This document shows, piece after piece, positions 31,901 to 43,357 of a stretch of DNA of 64,000 bases (position 1 is its first letter; every line of letters begins with the position of its first letter). Below the pieces are notes generated by a model that was given only the letters and a program-made list of their open reading frames with translations, was not told the DNA's origin and ran no database searches. The position numbers and the translations under genes are program-made. The stretch is from a virus (taxonomy: Duplodnaviria > Caudoviricetes): IMG/VR virus record IMGVR_UViG_3300020037_004820; one strand, given 5' to 3'.

Positions 31901-34900
31901 TTAGAGATCCTGAACAAGCTGCGCAACTTATAGCTAAGTTATGGAGCAGTTTGGAAAAAGTATTTTGGAAAAAATTAGAACGTATTGGATTTTCTCCTAA
32001 AGTTGTATCTTCGTTAGAAGGTGAAGATAAGATGAGCACGCCTAGCGATGAAATTCATTCCAGAGCCTCGGCATTCTATTTCCATCAAATAGAGACGGCT
32101 TTAGGGTCCAAGACAGCAGGCGGTAAAGGTAAAAAGGGTAAAAAGGTCCTAGAGCCTATTGCATCCGACGATAAGGATAAACAAAATCAGCATAGAGCTA
32201 TACCTGCTCAAGAAGCTCAATTGGTTGAAAAAGATAACCAAATTATGGAATTGCTATCTATGGCAGGTCTATTATTTGATTCAATCAATATAGACGAAAC
32301 TGAATTTATGAGCAGAGTTGGTCAAAACATATTTGCGCAATTAGATACTTCTGCAAATATAACAGGTTTGATCAAATCAATTGTAGCATCTATGTTCAGA
32401 AAAGATTGGGGAACTGTACACTCTCTATTATTTAAACCTATTGGTAAAGATGCTAAAAGCGAAGGTCCATGGATAAATGCTAAGCAAATTTCTCCTGAAG
32501 AAAGAGCAGATGTAAAGCCACCATTAATGGTTGTATTAGGTACTATATTAGCCACTTGTATTGATTTAATCCATACTAGTGCTCAAGCTTTTAAAGAAGG
32601 ACAAGGTAAAAAACTGAGTCAATCTGGAATATTTGAAAAATTAGGTGTAGAAGAATTGTACTCAGGATATTCTAGAGTATTAGATTCTTTGAAGGAATTA
32701 TTAAATTGTGCATTCTTACATAGAATTGGACAAGTTCAACCAATGAGAGGTATTCCAAAAGGAAGAGGTGTAACCGCTAAAGGAAGATGGGGAGTGATCG
32801 GTTTCAATGCTGATCAAACTACTTCAATTAGACACCCCTTTACTGTTCGTGGAAAATGGGCAAAAATGGCTAAAGGTTTAGGGCACGAGTTTGCTCAAAA
32901 TCAAGATCCAACTTCTGATACAAGACAACAAGCGATGTTAGCTGCACAAAATGCACAAAATCGTTTCATGTATAAATTACAACAACATTATAAAGGAGAA
33001 GGTGACCCAGTTAATACAACTAATGTATTGAGAACATTAGGAAATTCTATAGAAGGAGAAATTGGTGGAGCATTTAAAGATTTATATCGTTCAAGAAGAT
33101 TTGCAGGGTCTTCTTGGAAAAATAGAGATTTAGACCAATATCATTATAAGATCATAAAGCAGTTGAAATCAGATATAGAACAATTAGGTTATAGACCTGA
33201 TCGTCCTGAATGGTTTGTTCAAAATGAAAACTTACAAGCTAGAGCTGTGGATATAGTATCTGAGGATATCAAAAAACAATTTTTACAAGGAATTGAAACA
33301 GGTAAAACACTTGCGGGTCCAGGTGAAAAAGAAGATGCAACTTCGGGCGTAACTGGTCCATCTAATCCATTACATAGAAGTGGTAAAAATCCTTCATCTA
33401 GATTATTAGGAGATGTTGCACCGGATTCTAAATTGAATCCTAAGCATGATATAGCTTCTAATCAATTTGACTATGAAGCTCCAGTTGAATTAGATATAGA
33501 TCCTGGTTTTGCAGGAAACACCGCAGTGGATAAATTGACTGCGGATCAAAAGAAAGCAGATGCTGAAAAACGTCTACAACAATTTATAGAACTTTATCCG
33601 CAATTCTTAGAAGAAAAGGCTATGATAAACGTTTCTATGTTTGAACCAAAAACTGAGAATCAAACATTAGAAGAAACATTAGAAGGAGCAGCAGCTTCTG
33701 ATGATGTTAATACATTAAATGTAGCAGTTCATGAATTTGATAATGTTTTAGATGATTGTTTTGCAAGAATAAGTCAAAAAGTTGATAAATATAACGACAA
33801 TAAATTCATTAAATCATATAAGAATTTAGATGAAACAGAAACAAAACTTATAAATCAAGATTTAGATAATCTTGATTGGCAAATTACTCAAACTCCTCTT
33901 GAATCTAAAAGACATTTTAAAGCTGCTTTATCTTTGCGACCTGATTCGGACAGAGAACGTGATAAAGCATTTAGAGATATTCTATTTATGAAATATTTTG
34001 AATATGTTTACATAAGAGAAGTTTTGCTAAGTGAAACTATCATGTATTTGATGAATATAGAAAATAGTAGAAAAGGACCTTCGGAGAAGAAAATAGAATC
34101 TATTGCCGAATATATTCAACAATCTAATTTAAATATTAGACATATACCTGGAGTAGAATATAAATTCTATAGAACAGATGACGTTGCACATCGAATAAAG
34201 ATGTCAGATATGCTTAAAGCTATATTTGGAGATGTGGAAAAAGTTCCACAATTCTTAGCAATTGCTGAAGATATTAAAGAATACATTGGGGGAGCTACGG
34301 ACCAAGCGGGAGATACTAAAGAAGATAAAGCAGATAAAGATAGTGCTCAAACTTATGGTATGTCTTCTAAATCAACTGCGCAAACCGATGTTCATGGTGT
34401 AGAAGCAACTAAACAAGGAAAACAAGAAAAAACTAGAGTTAGTGCAATAGATAAACAAATGTTTAATACATTGAATATACAAAATGTATCTAAAATAATG
34501 TCTAAAGTTCTTATGTCTGATGCAGAACCAAATTATGAAGGAGATGTATCTTATGATAAAGTAAGAAGCTACATTAGATCATTAGTTCAAACATATAATG
34601 AACCTATTACCACTAATTCTGCTACAGATAGAATTGTATGGTTTATATCTCATATAAAAGATAACGTCATAAGAATTAGAAACTTTTTACAATCAGCAGC
34701 AAATGCTCAAGCTCTTGTAAAGATGTCTCCGTTTGATAGAAAAGAAATATTTGGAGCAATAGATAATGTTCTACGTTTCTCGACATATCAGGCAAGAAAT
34801 GTTCTGAATCTTAAAAAATCAGTTTATAAGTTGATTCAATTAATGTATAATGCTCCAATTGGAGAAGAAGTTGATTATGATACATTTGATGTTTCATCTG

Positions 34901-35697
34901 CATCTGATAAGCTAAAAGAAGTTACTAAAGCAGTTCAAATAGCAACAAAAACTCCTTATGAATCTTTTGTACCACCATATACAAAAGAATTAGCAACTTC
35001 TCTTCAATCATTTGGTAAAATGATTCAAAGTGGAGCAATAGAAGCACCTGATAAAACTGCTGCATATTTGACAGATAAAGGCGGATTGATACTCACTATT
35101 ATGTCTTATTTGAAGACAAATGGGAAAAAACCTGTTGATGTTTCTGTATTTGATAATCTATCTAATTCTCTTGATCAATTATTAGATCAAATAAAGACAT
35201 TAGCTAAATTGAATGCAGAACCTAAAGCACGTTATAAAGATCCAAATGCAGGAAAAGTATTACCTCAAGATAAAGCAACATCTGCTTCTTCGGGAAAATT
35301 AGGAAGAGCAACTCCTAATCAAAATATTAGTCCAGAAGATCAAGAAATAGTTAAAAAACTTCAAGCTAAAAAATCCGTAACTAAAGAAAGTAGAGATTTT
35401 GAACCTTTTAAAGAAGCTATTGCTGTAGAAAAAATCTTAAAATGCATCAAGATGCAAAGTGGCGGGATACAAAGAGTAAGATATTCAGAATATAGCAAAG
35501 CTAATCCTGGTAAATTGTCTAGAGTTTTATATGAATTATCTAAACAAACTCCAATTGATTTGGATAATTATAGAGTATTCTTGACCGAAGAAAATAAGTC
35601 TAAAGTAAATATAGTATTTGAATATAAGAATGAGAATAGAGGATTATCTCCAGAATATATATGGATTGTTCCAAAAAGTTCTAATTCTTCTAATTAA
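28945..35697 (+). CDS. Giant hypothetical protein, 2250 aa (possible virion or ejected protein)
   Basis: Uninterrupted 6.75-kb ORF, GGAG RBS, ACTATTTATA upstream; no recognisable motif. Confidence 0.75.
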   Translation: MYNNLIINNIQEAFWPEDKTKLNGAAPKKTGNPQKEPELFGSGDTSKVENAYKTYFRKYIDGEVTIGGKPSRKTNITLIGPAPGTPIDEQEKAELIYKEAEAILGAYIKEIFGEEQTHFKEVSKRVSDVKDLVKSKNLLQKVYDNISKKLSKSQQTKVDKQASSIVHTEPSHRGEYTHSTETEKVPAPGDLYDQEGAIDQDVTKVSKLGKAVKNINAPLADAENANRAKVAEDNRPTNPYVIYNNKSSTGFSRVVVRADGTAITQDVPQAEYYATSHIGVPTLDDNRLNEEQERISVQIENLTAEIAAKSRENDAISKIVDPKIDQYVLRVLNVSNDGTSSWPNAQRRPPQANPASSPLSLYNQAIKSKNLGEVKSNFMALEQNVAPIFADYFGLSELHLEGIVDQTTSEPKFPQIQLMNLIISRVIQKIHSEAKKSDLIKRELSLISAGESTKINDPAAFYTTPGGEYKERLNRTLKSISENEVIAFQKLFAENKYAAIGQAFSNAERLMYSTIQKNVNAINVFLNQNKGSVLAYAKSLQEKIIRYSQAAPVNQYETEYEDIGLTDAFESQSSLIGKKWRERFSKIPAEAKPFSEISAFIKLVDSKFSNQEAIDQENFKVTAQEMSSTFFNPVLFFLSLLDNPNVLKNDQIDATELVRSDWGKNLRDYMGAQKISYSTPREDLAVLLDINKFMRDGLSKVTVDNPSSELGQRLQQAGESQPSPVKNTAGLQLMSGDRDVLVNTRDFINKLKTELPTSYSALIFSELGRLRKEILAKKASKEFEAAAQIFNGPYSKAKEDVIAILSPILREFLFERYAQDTRLIETEHLFYAMLREFNKLVENYDPDSGQDIETYLLSGLKDFNRSKVVRAMHGGSDRLWYIPQDNESIMDIIHAILDAAEIKEMHKKESFHSVREIALKPPEPEFNSNSASLVKKRYLEKQAYEAEKARSIKRVDKRTGREIYEVLDVADKDVTYYTIEPKESIVRDPEQAAQLIAKLWSSLEKVFWKKLERIGFSPKVVSSLEGEDKMSTPSDEIHSRASAFYFHQIETALGSKTAGGKGKKGKKVLEPIASDDKDKQNQHRAIPAQEAQLVEKDNQIMELLSMAGLLFDSINIDETEFMSRVGQNIFAQLDTSANITGLIKSIVASMFRKDWGTVHSLLFKPIGKDAKSEGPWINAKQISPEERADVKPPLMVVLGTILATCIDLIHTSAQAFKEGQGKKLSQSGIFEKLGVEELYSGYSRVLDSLKELLNCAFLHRIGQVQPMRGIPKGRGVTAKGRWGVIGFNADQTTSIRHPFTVRGKWAKMAKGLGHEFAQNQDPTSDTRQQAMLAAQNAQNRFMYKLQQHYKGEGDPVNTTNVLRTLGNSIEGEIGGAFKDLYRSRRFAGSSWKNRDLDQYHYKIIKQLKSDIEQLGYRPDRPEWFVQNENLQARAVDIVSEDIKKQFLQGIETGKTLAGPGEKEDATSGVTGPSNPLHRSGKNPSSRLLGDVAPDSKLNPKHDIASNQFDYEAPVELDIDPGFAGNTAVDKLTADQKKADAEKRLQQFIELYPQFLEEKAMINVSMFEPKTENQTLEETLEGAAASDDVNTLNVAVHEFDNVLDDCFARISQKVDKYNDNKFIKSYKNLDETETKLINQDLDNLDWQITQTPLESKRHFKAALSLRPDSDRERDKAFRDILFMKYFEYVYIREVLLSETIMYLMNIENSRKGPSEKKIESIAEYIQQSNLNIRHIPGVEYKFYRTDDVAHRIKMSDMLKAIFGDVEKVPQFLAIAEDIKEYIGGATDQAGDTKEDKADKDSAQTYGMSSKSTAQTDVHGVEATKQGKQEKTRVSAIDKQMFNTLNIQNVSKIMSKVLMSDAEPNYEGDVSYDKVRSYIRSLVQTYNEPITTNSATDRIVWFISHIKDNVIRIRNFLQSAANAQALVKMSPFDRKEIFGAIDNVLRFSTYQARNVLNLKKSVYKLIQLMYNAPIGEEVDYDTFDVSSASDKLKEVTKAVQIATKTPYESFVPPYTKELATSLQSFGKMIQSGAIEAPDKTAAYLTDKGGLILTIMSYLKTNGKKPVDVSVFDNLSNSLDQLLDQIKTLAKLNAEPKARYKDPNAGKVLPQDKATSASSGKLGRATPNQNISPEDQEIVKKLQAKKSVTKESRDFEPFKEAIAVEKILKCIKMQSGGIQRVRYSEYSKANPGKLSRVLYELSKQTPIDLDNYRVFLTEENKSKVNIVFEYKNENRGLSPEYIWIVPKSSNSSN

Positions 35698-35711
35698 GGA
35701 GAGGAAATAAT

Positions 35712-36194
35712 ATGTCATTAATAAATCAAAGACCCGGATTAGGAAGTGCTGCATCTTTTCAAGTTTCTGGGTGGCCTTTTGTAACAGGTTCTATCATATC
35801 ATCATCTGTAGGATTTGTAAAAGTTGTGTTACCTGCATTGGCTAAATCTGTTACTGTCTTTAATAGAGATGCGAATGATATATGGCCTTATAATTTAACA
35901 GGATCTACCACATTGCTTGTTTTCTTTGGACAAGATTTGACAAGTTCTTATCCTGGTCCACAAACTATATATAATCATGCTATTTCTATTCCCCCATCTG
36001 GATCAGCTACCTTTAATGTAAAATGTAGTCAGTTCTTTGTTGGTAAAAAGAATGCATCTATGTTTGGAGCATTTCAAGCAATTGCTGAAATTACTAATAT
36101 AGATACTGTAGATATGTATGCTCCAGGTTTAGCTGCTACTTCTGGAACAAGAGATAGTGTATTAACGGGTTCTGGAATAGATAGTGCAATCTAA
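35712..36194 (+). CDS. Probable virion structural beta-sandwich protein
   Basis: PGLGSAASFQVSGWPFVTGS start and beta-rich composition; follows the late-type gene. Confidence 0.45.
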   Translation: MSLINQRPGLGSAASFQVSGWPFVTGSIISSSVGFVKVVLPALAKSVTVFNRDANDIWPYNLTGSTTLLVFFGQDLTSSYPGPQTIYNHAISIPPSGSATFNVKCSQFFVGKKNASMFGAFQAIAEITNIDTVDMYAPGLAATSGTRDSVLTGSGIDSAI

Positions 36195-36211
36195 TATATA
36201 ATCTCAATAAG

Positions 36212-36274
36212 GGCTCGGTCAAGCATGGCATGGTCATTGCATGGCCTTGACAAGCGCTTGACCGAGCCTATCCT
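36212..36274 (+). promoter_or_regulatory. Sigma54-like box and sigma70-like promoter inside a 13-bp inverted repeat
   Basis: ggctcggtcaagc/gcttgaccgagcc; TGGCATG-gtca-TTGCA; TTGACA-16-TATCCT. Confidence 0.7.
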
Positions 36275-37424
36275 TCATATAGCGTGGCAAACCATCTGTT
36301 TCGGAGGAAACTCTATGTCAGACAAGACTCATTATTATGAAGTTCGAAAGAATGGGTCATGGACCTTTGGTTTTCTAAAGGCTTCTACTGATTCTGAGGC
36401 AATCGAACGACTTGCTCAGGATGAAGTAGGTTTTTTGCAAAGGTTGGACAATGAAGTCACCCTTATTGATAAAGGCGAAACGGAATGGGCAACCCGTGAT
36501 TCGGAGGATAAAGATGTCTCAAACTGAAAAGGTTTTTGGCATTCCAAGTTCTAAAGCGGTTGTAGTGAAAAAAGATCAAAAAGGTGATCCAGTTATTATC
36601 CGATATGGAGATCCAGATTTTCCAGCTACTGAGCCCAATCCTTGGCATCCTAAAAAGAAGGATAACATATGAGTCAGAAAAATATGTGTCAATTGAGAAA
36701 GTTTCCAATTGGAGCTACGTTTCAAGCTCTAAACATGGACGATGAATTTACAGTTTTTCATGTAGCAAAATCTGGAAAGTTTAGAACTGATGGACTTATA
36801 GAGTGTAAATCTGTTGTTCGCTATAACGTCTTCTCCAAAGAATGGAACGAATGCACAAGTTACACAACTTATATACATCCTACTACAGAAGTCGAAGTAG
36901 TAGAAGTAATTATTACTAAGATCAAAGTTGTTCCTGCTAACACTTTTTGCGCGGTTAACTCACAATGACCAAGAAAGAATTGATCGAAGCTCTTTCAAAT
37001 TTTTCTGATGATACTATTATTGTTGTTCCTAACAATTATAATGATGGAATGGACGGTGTAAAATGTCTTTTAAAAGCCTTTGTAAAAGAAGTAAAGTATA
37101 AAACAGAATATATGGGTCACTATGAAGAAGTATTAGATGGACAATTGGTTTGTTTTATCTCTCCAGAATATGAGGTAGGATAATGCAATTAGTCAAAGGC
37201 GATTTGATTAGACTTATTGGTCCTATTAGTTTATATTTAGGAGAAGTTGCTTATTTTGAAGAATTTTGGGATCGACGGACTACGAGCGGGCGCTCTACGC
37301 GTGCTCTCCTTAAGAAAGGATGCAATATTTCACTTTATAAAGGACCAGTTGATTTATCACGAAAACCTGAAAAAGCAGATATGTTTGTATTTTATCATGA
37401 ATATTTCCCAATTGGGAGTAAAGA

Positions 37425-38039
37425 ATGAAACTTCTAGGAAGAATTCCCAATAAAGTTGCAATTGCATTTTCTGGGGGAATTGATTCTGTTGTTGTTGCGC
37501 ATTTTTTGATGCAATCTAAACGGGAAGTTAGTCTTTTGTACTTTAACCATGGCACTGATCATGGTAATGATGCAGAAGAATTCGTTTTCAAGTTTGCAGA
37601 AGATAATCAAGTAGGCTTGTTGTCGTTTAATATTTCAAATTATCCTCCAAGACCTGATGATTCTTCTCCTGAAGAATGGTGGCGACTCTGTAGATATGAT
37701 TTTTTGGAAGGACATATCGATCCAATTATTACTTGTCATCACTTGGATGACCAAGTTGAAACATGGTTGTTTTCTGCTATGCACAATTATCCTAAACTTA
37801 TTCCTTATCGCAGAAACAACATCATTCGACCATTTCTTCTGACAAAGAAATCTGAAATCCATGCATATGCAGCAAAACATAAGCTGTCATGGATTCAAGA
37901 TGAATCAAATTCCGATGTGAACTATCCTAGAAATAGGATTAGACACAATATAGTCCCCGAAGCGTTGAAGATCAATCCTGGTCTTCATAAAGTAATTGCT
38001 CGTAAAGTAGAAGAGGAATACAATGTCAAAGAAATCTAA
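37425..38039 (+). CDS. tilS: tRNA(Ile)-lysidine synthetase (minimal form)
   Basis: PP-loop SGGIDS, RYDFL, HHLDDQVET, IRPFL, QDESN, RNRIRH. Confidence 0.9.
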   Translation: MKLLGRIPNKVAIAFSGGIDSVVVAHFLMQSKREVSLLYFNHGTDHGNDAEEFVFKFAEDNQVGLLSFNISNYPPRPDDSSPEEWWRLCRYDFLEGHIDPIITCHHLDDQVETWLFSAMHNYPKLIPYRRNNIIRPFLLTKKSEIHAYAAKHKLSWIQDESNSDVNYPRNRIRHNIVPEALKINPGLHKVIARKVEEEYNVKEI

Positions 38040-39204
38040 GAAAGCCGCCAGTGAAATGAAGCGTCGCAAGAAGGCTTCGGAAAAGTCTGCGCAGCGCGCC
38101 AAGTACGAATCGTATAGAGATTCAGGAAAGAACTCAAAGTCTAAGCGTTTTCTGAGCAAGGTTAAAGATTATAGCAAGATGAGAGCACATACTCATCCTC
38201 ATGGACATTGTGGAAACATTGGTTGTAAAAAGTGTAATCCGAAGTATAATATTCCAGAACTTCTGGCTACTGTAAAGGGATGGGATAATATCAACTATGC
38301 ACACTTTGATTGTTAATCAGGTAATTGATAATTACACTTCTTATCAAAGAAAGAGCAAAAGGGTTTCTGATCTTCATAAAGAATTATCAGGTACTTGTAT
38401 TCTTCAACGGTTTATAGAAGCTCAAAATGAATATACGATAGCTGCGAAAGAAAAAGAAGAAGCTCTAGCCACGCTGTTATGTTCAATAGAACAGCTTAAG
38501 TCAATTTAATGAAGATTAGATCTAAATCTTTTATGCGTCAAATACTGCAATCTGCCAATTTCGGAAGGATGTGTAACTATGTTCTCTCTGCTTAAGAGAA
38601 TGTTCCTTTGGGGATTCGATACTCGGGGACATTACTATGTCCTTAATTTAGGAATGTGTGCAATTGCTGTCGTTGTTTCGGCAATATTCTTGCCACAATA
38701 TTTTCAAGATGCTATTAAGCAAGGTAGCGGTTTAATGTACTTTATGATGTATATAGATGGTTATATCTATGTAGATAATTTGTATGAACTATATCTGTTC
38801 AATAAACAATGGAAAAATCGTGAAAATCAGAGAATTAATTACTGAAACCTTGGCAAAGAAAGATATCCATTGGACTTCAATTCATAAATTTTTAGAAGAA
38901 TTTGGTCAATATAGTTATCCATCTATTGATCAACATGAAGATTTAAAGTGTTATGCTATTCATACTTGGGTGTGTACAGATACTTTAGTAGGATACTTTT
39001 TATATACGTTCAAAGATGAACCTTGTTGCATTACATCGCAAACAGGTAGAAAAAATGATGTTTATTTTCATTGGATCTCAGAAGAGAAATATTTTGAAGT
39101 TTTGAAGTTTTGTCTACAATTTGTGCAACCTGAAAAGCCTTTTATATCAACTTTTGATCTAGATGCAGAAGATGAAACATTAGTAGACAAATATTATTTG
39201 CGCT

Positions 39205-39258
39205 AAGCATGGCACGGTCATTGCATGGCCTTGACCCATGCCATGCCGTGCATACGCT
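39205..39258 (+). promoter_or_regulatory. Sigma54-like box and sigma70-like promoter of the second sigma gene
   Basis: TGGCACG-gtca-TTGCA; TTGACC-16-TACGCT; 31 nt near-identical to 36221-36251. Confidence 0.7.
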
Positions 39259-39301
39259 TGCTATAGCGTGATAAGTGGCTTTGTCAACATAAAGGAACCA
39301 C

Positions 39302-40135
39302 ATGGACAATTCAGAGCTTAATGCATTTGTTGTTGAGATTCAATCTGAATTTCAAGAGACGAAAATCTTCAATAAACAGAAGATGGAAACTCTTTGGAAG
39401 GAATTCAAGCCGCTCATCGATAAGCTTTCGTACCATAAGTCTGTTAAGACTGGTGGGCAGCATAAGAATGATCTTGTGCAGGTTTGTTATTTGGGTCTTT
39501 GTGATGCGGTACGAAAGTATCAAATTGCCAAGATTGATTTTAAGAAGTATGCAGTGATTTGGTTCATGGCATATATTCGTCTGGAAAACATTCGAAATGT
39601 TTCTATTTTTCGATATTCATCGAGAATGGATCGTAAACTCTTTGGAAAGGTATCTCAGGTATCAAACCTTCCTTTGGATGAGCAAGCTGTTATTCTCGGA
39701 GTTTCCACAGAAGATTTGGCGGCTTTCCTGCTGTCAACTAAGGTAACGAAATCTATTCTTAAGAAGCGATCTGAAGATTCCGATCTGGAAGAAGAAGAAT
39801 TCATTACGTCGGATTATCCTCAACCAGATTTTCTCTTTGATGTCAAGGTTATTTATGAGGCTTCGAAAGAAGTATTTGATGATTTTGCAGAATCGTTGGA
39901 GACTGATAGAGAGAAAGCAGTTTTGGAACTTCTTCGTCGTGTTGGTCCTCCTTCGAAGGGAAATTTCAAGGAAGATCCGACTGATACTCTTCCTCAAACC
40001 TATCAAGATTTGGCGGATATTTACGGGGTTTCTCGTGAACGTATTCGTCAGATATCCAAGATGTTGACGGATAAACTTCGTTATCGCTTGGAAAAGAATG
40101 GTGTTAGTGCGAGTGCTTATCATGCCTTTATCTAA
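39302..40135 (+). CDS. RNA polymerase sigma70-family factor (RpoH/RpoD-like region 4)
   Basis: DLVQVCYLGLCDAVRKY..FKKYAVIW; TYQDLADIYGVSRERIRQI. Confidence 0.85.
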   Translation: MDNSELNAFVVEIQSEFQETKIFNKQKMETLWKEFKPLIDKLSYHKSVKTGGQHKNDLVQVCYLGLCDAVRKYQIAKIDFKKYAVIWFMAYIRLENIRNVSIFRYSSRMDRKLFGKVSQVSNLPLDEQAVILGVSTEDLAAFLLSTKVTKSILKKRSEDSDLEEEEFITSDYPQPDFLFDVKVIYEASKEVFDDFAESLETDREKAVLELLRRVGPPSKGNFKEDPTDTLPQTYQDLADIYGVSRERIRQISKMLTDKLRYRLEKNGVSASAYHAFI

Positions 40136-40732
40136 AAAATTTCAAGAGCACTTGACTATGGTTAAAAATAGTCAAGTGCTTTATATTTGGGATAAACCTT
40201 TAAAGGTTATGGATATTTGGTATTCTGAAACAGAAGATGCTGCATCAGTAGAACTTCATACAGAGTGTGGAAATGTCGGATATTTAGTTTCCGACATTTT
40301 TCTTTTAAGTTCCGCGATTAAACCACGCGGAGGTTTACATTCAACTAAATCTTCTGAATATATGAATCGTCATATTCAAACGTGGTGTTTGAACCAACAA
40401 TTTGCATATGACAATGGACTTGAATTCGACAATACTACGAAAGATTATAGTTATCATATAAATGATTATTACTTCAAGAAATATGGAGTATAAATGAATT
40501 GGGAAATAAGTTGGTCATTTTCTATAGGCCAAATTGATTTTGAAACAACAGCAGTTATGAATGCGGTTACAGCTACGGATGCAGTAACTAAATTTATACA
40601 ACTAATGGCTACGGAATTCCCTGAGTATAATTGGGAAAAACAGATATTTCGTGCCGAAAAGAATTACACATGTTTTCTTTTTATTCTAGAGAAAGGAAAA
40701 TTGAGAAGACTTGATCCTGCGGAGAACATCTA

Positions 40733-41476
40733 ATGAGAGCACTTATTTGTTCCGATTTGCATATTGATGCAGGACATAGACAAGATCCTGATTGGTATGT
40801 TGATCCTTCTCTATTTGATGTTGCATTTGTATTAGGAGATATATCTGATCATGCTAAAACATCTCTGCGTTATATGCGTAAATTTAAAGAGAAAGTTCTT
40901 AGCGGTAAACAAGTATTTGTTATTGCGGGTAATCATGATCGCTGGGGAAGTTTGTTTAGTTCCTCGGAATATTTTCTAAAACAAATTCCTGGCTTTATAA
41001 ATCGAGAAGTTGTTGAATATGAAGGTCAAAGAATTTTGGGCTGTACTCTTTGGTATGAACCTGCTGAGAACGCAGAAAGAAAAGATTGGAGAGATTTTCG
41101 ATATATTACTGATTGGAAGCAAATTTATCAAGAACATAAGTTGGATATGAAATTTCTTGATGAAAATCTTCAAGAAGGAGATATTGTATTAACTCATGTT
41201 CTTCCTACTTTGGAATCAATATCCCCACAATGGGTATCTGACCCTCACAACAATTATTATGTTGTAGAAATTGGTGCGCTTATTAAGGAAAGAAAACCCA
41301 AACTTTGGTGCATGGGGCATTCCCATGAGCCCATAATAAAAATGGTGCATAATACTCTTATGCTACGTAATCCTCGGGGGTATCCTGGGGAACTTTCTAA
41401 TTTTTGCATGTGGATTGTAGATACTGATCGACTTCATGAATATGATTCTATTATGGGAATTAATCCCTATGTCTAA
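40733..41476 (+). CDS. Calcineurin-like metallophosphoesterase
   Basis: SDLH, LGD, GNHD, THVLP, GHSH, NPRGY. Confidence 0.85.
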   Translation: MRALICSDLHIDAGHRQDPDWYVDPSLFDVAFVLGDISDHAKTSLRYMRKFKEKVLSGKQVFVIAGNHDRWGSLFSSSEYFLKQIPGFINREVVEYEGQRILGCTLWYEPAENAERKDWRDFRYITDWKQIYQEHKLDMKFLDENLQEGDIVLTHVLPTLESISPQWVSDPHNNYYVVEIGALIKERKPKLWCMGHSHEPIIKMVHNTLMLRNPRGYPGELSNFCMWIVDTDRLHEYDSIMGINPYV

Positions 41477-41590
41477 ACAAGCTCTTAAATCGTATGTAGA
41501 AGCTCTTAAAGCTTTAGTAGCTATTTTATTAGTCAGTATACTAACTGTTTTATTTGGACTATTAGTTAGACAATGTACTTGGGGGAATAA

Positions 41591-42730
41591 ATGCGTAAAG
41601 ACTTCGCAAAATGTTTATCAGGCGCAAGTTCTCGTAAAAGAGATTGGTCTTCTACAAAAAGCGGAAGACTGAAAAGAAAATCAGCGATTAGAACGAAAGT
41701 CTTTTCTACAGAAGATATTGACGAATATACTCTATATCCTGAAGAAAAGTTTAAAAATACTGAACCTACACCATTTAAAAATGGTAAAGGCGGATTTCAT
41801 AGACCAAATATTACGTTTGCGCCGCTAAACAACTTTATACAAAGCCGAGTAGGACACCATTGGAACGATGTATATTCAGAAATTTGCAAGGCTATGCCTA
41901 AAAAGAAAGAAATCAATTGGTATATACATAATTTATTCGGATATAATATCTACAATATAGGTCTAGATAAAGAGGGAGATATATATCTACAAACAATTAG
42001 AGGAGAACGATATTATAGTAGATATCAATGTATTCGAGATTCCGATTATATAATTGATAAGAACGGTATTTTGAGATCTGCTAAAGATTATAGCGAAAAA
42101 TTATCAACTTTAGCTAGAGCTAAATTGCGAATGAGACAATTAGATCATCTATATAAAAATGATTTAGATGGGTATTATTATGAAGAAATTCATGAAGATT
42201 ATATTGAAAAATATACCTTTTCCAGATTATATCGACGACCTAGTGTCACTATTACTGTAACTAAACGTGTTCCCATGGAATGTTTTCAAGTTACTGGTGA
42301 AAAAGATTATGTAGTTTATAATAATGTGTGGAATGCAGAAAAGAAGCAGTATGATAAAGTCGAGAAAAAACTCGATAATCTTCAAAAAATAAAAATTCCT
42401 ATCTTTGGTAATCCTTTCTATAATCATTTAGATGAACCAGTGTATCTTATTTCTTGTACTGACGAATGGAATTATAGAAGAATGCATTATAAAGGTTTAA
42501 CAGATAATAGATTATATCCAGTCACACTTCATTTTAAAGTGAAACATAATTCAGATAAAGTTGGTTATACAATTACTAATCCCGTAGCTAACTGGAAAAC
42601 TTCTTTTAGTTATTCAAAAATACACATATCTAATATATATACGAAATTTTGGGAAGAATATAGAGATACTGAAAATAAAATAGAAGAAGCAACTGCTCAA
42701 TTGAATGAACTGTATGAGGAGTTAGTATAA
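41591..42730 (+). CDS. Hypothetical protein
   Basis: 379-aa ORF; PLNNFIQSRVGHHWNDVYSEIC motif. Confidence 0.55.
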   Translation: MRKDFAKCLSGASSRKRDWSSTKSGRLKRKSAIRTKVFSTEDIDEYTLYPEEKFKNTEPTPFKNGKGGFHRPNITFAPLNNFIQSRVGHHWNDVYSEICKAMPKKKEINWYIHNLFGYNIYNIGLDKEGDIYLQTIRGERYYSRYQCIRDSDYIIDKNGILRSAKDYSEKLSTLARAKLRMRQLDHLYKNDLDGYYYEEIHEDYIEKYTFSRLYRRPSVTITVTKRVPMECFQVTGEKDYVVYNNVWNAEKKQYDKVEKKLDNLQKIKIPIFGNPFYNHLDEPVYLISCTDEWNYRRMHYKGLTDNRLYPVTLHFKVKHNSDKVGYTITNPVANWKTSFSYSKIHISNIYTKFWEEYRDTENKIEEATAQLNELYEELV

Positions 42731-43231
42731 TGAATTTAGGTACAGGTGATGTAATCATATTGCGCAATAGACAATATGATATAGCTCCCGAATATATTAA
42801 AAATCTTGGTTGGGAATTAGGAAGACAAGATGCTTTATATGTGAAAGCTAAAATATCAATCCCAACTTGTTTGTTGAAAGAAATATCAGATGTGTTTATA
42901 CAGTACGCAGCCCTTGATACTTGGCATATAAAGGTTCAATCTTCTATTCCTTTGCATTGTGATCCTGTTACGGATTGTTCGCATTATAGATTCAATGTCT
43001 CGTATAAAGGTGATTATTGGTTGAATGTTGAAGATTCAACATATCTTATAAAAGAAGGTGATGCAGTTTTATTTAGATCGGATATTAGTTTACACGGAAT
43101 TGATCTTTTTGAAAATAATATTGTCGAAATCTTTTCTGTAGGTATATTTATTGGACGAGATAACTCATGATTAATCATGCGTCTTGCTCTATGAAAATTT
43201 CATATTCGTTTAGTACGAGCCTGGGCGGCAT

Positions 43232-43288
43232 TGCAAGCAGCGTGCCAAAGAAAACGGCCCTTGTCTAGTCGTCCACCGTCGTTATGGT
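43232..43288. promoter_or_regulatory. Reverse-oriented sigma54-like box upstream of a plus-strand sigma70-like promoter
   Basis: Minus: TGGCACG-ctgc-TTGCA. Plus: TTGTCT-16-TATGGT. Confidence 0.6.
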
Positions 43289-43357
43289 GTGAGTGTGAGG
43301 GCGACACGGTGTCGCCCGAAACAATCAAGTGGCTGATATAGATATAGGGGTCTTACG

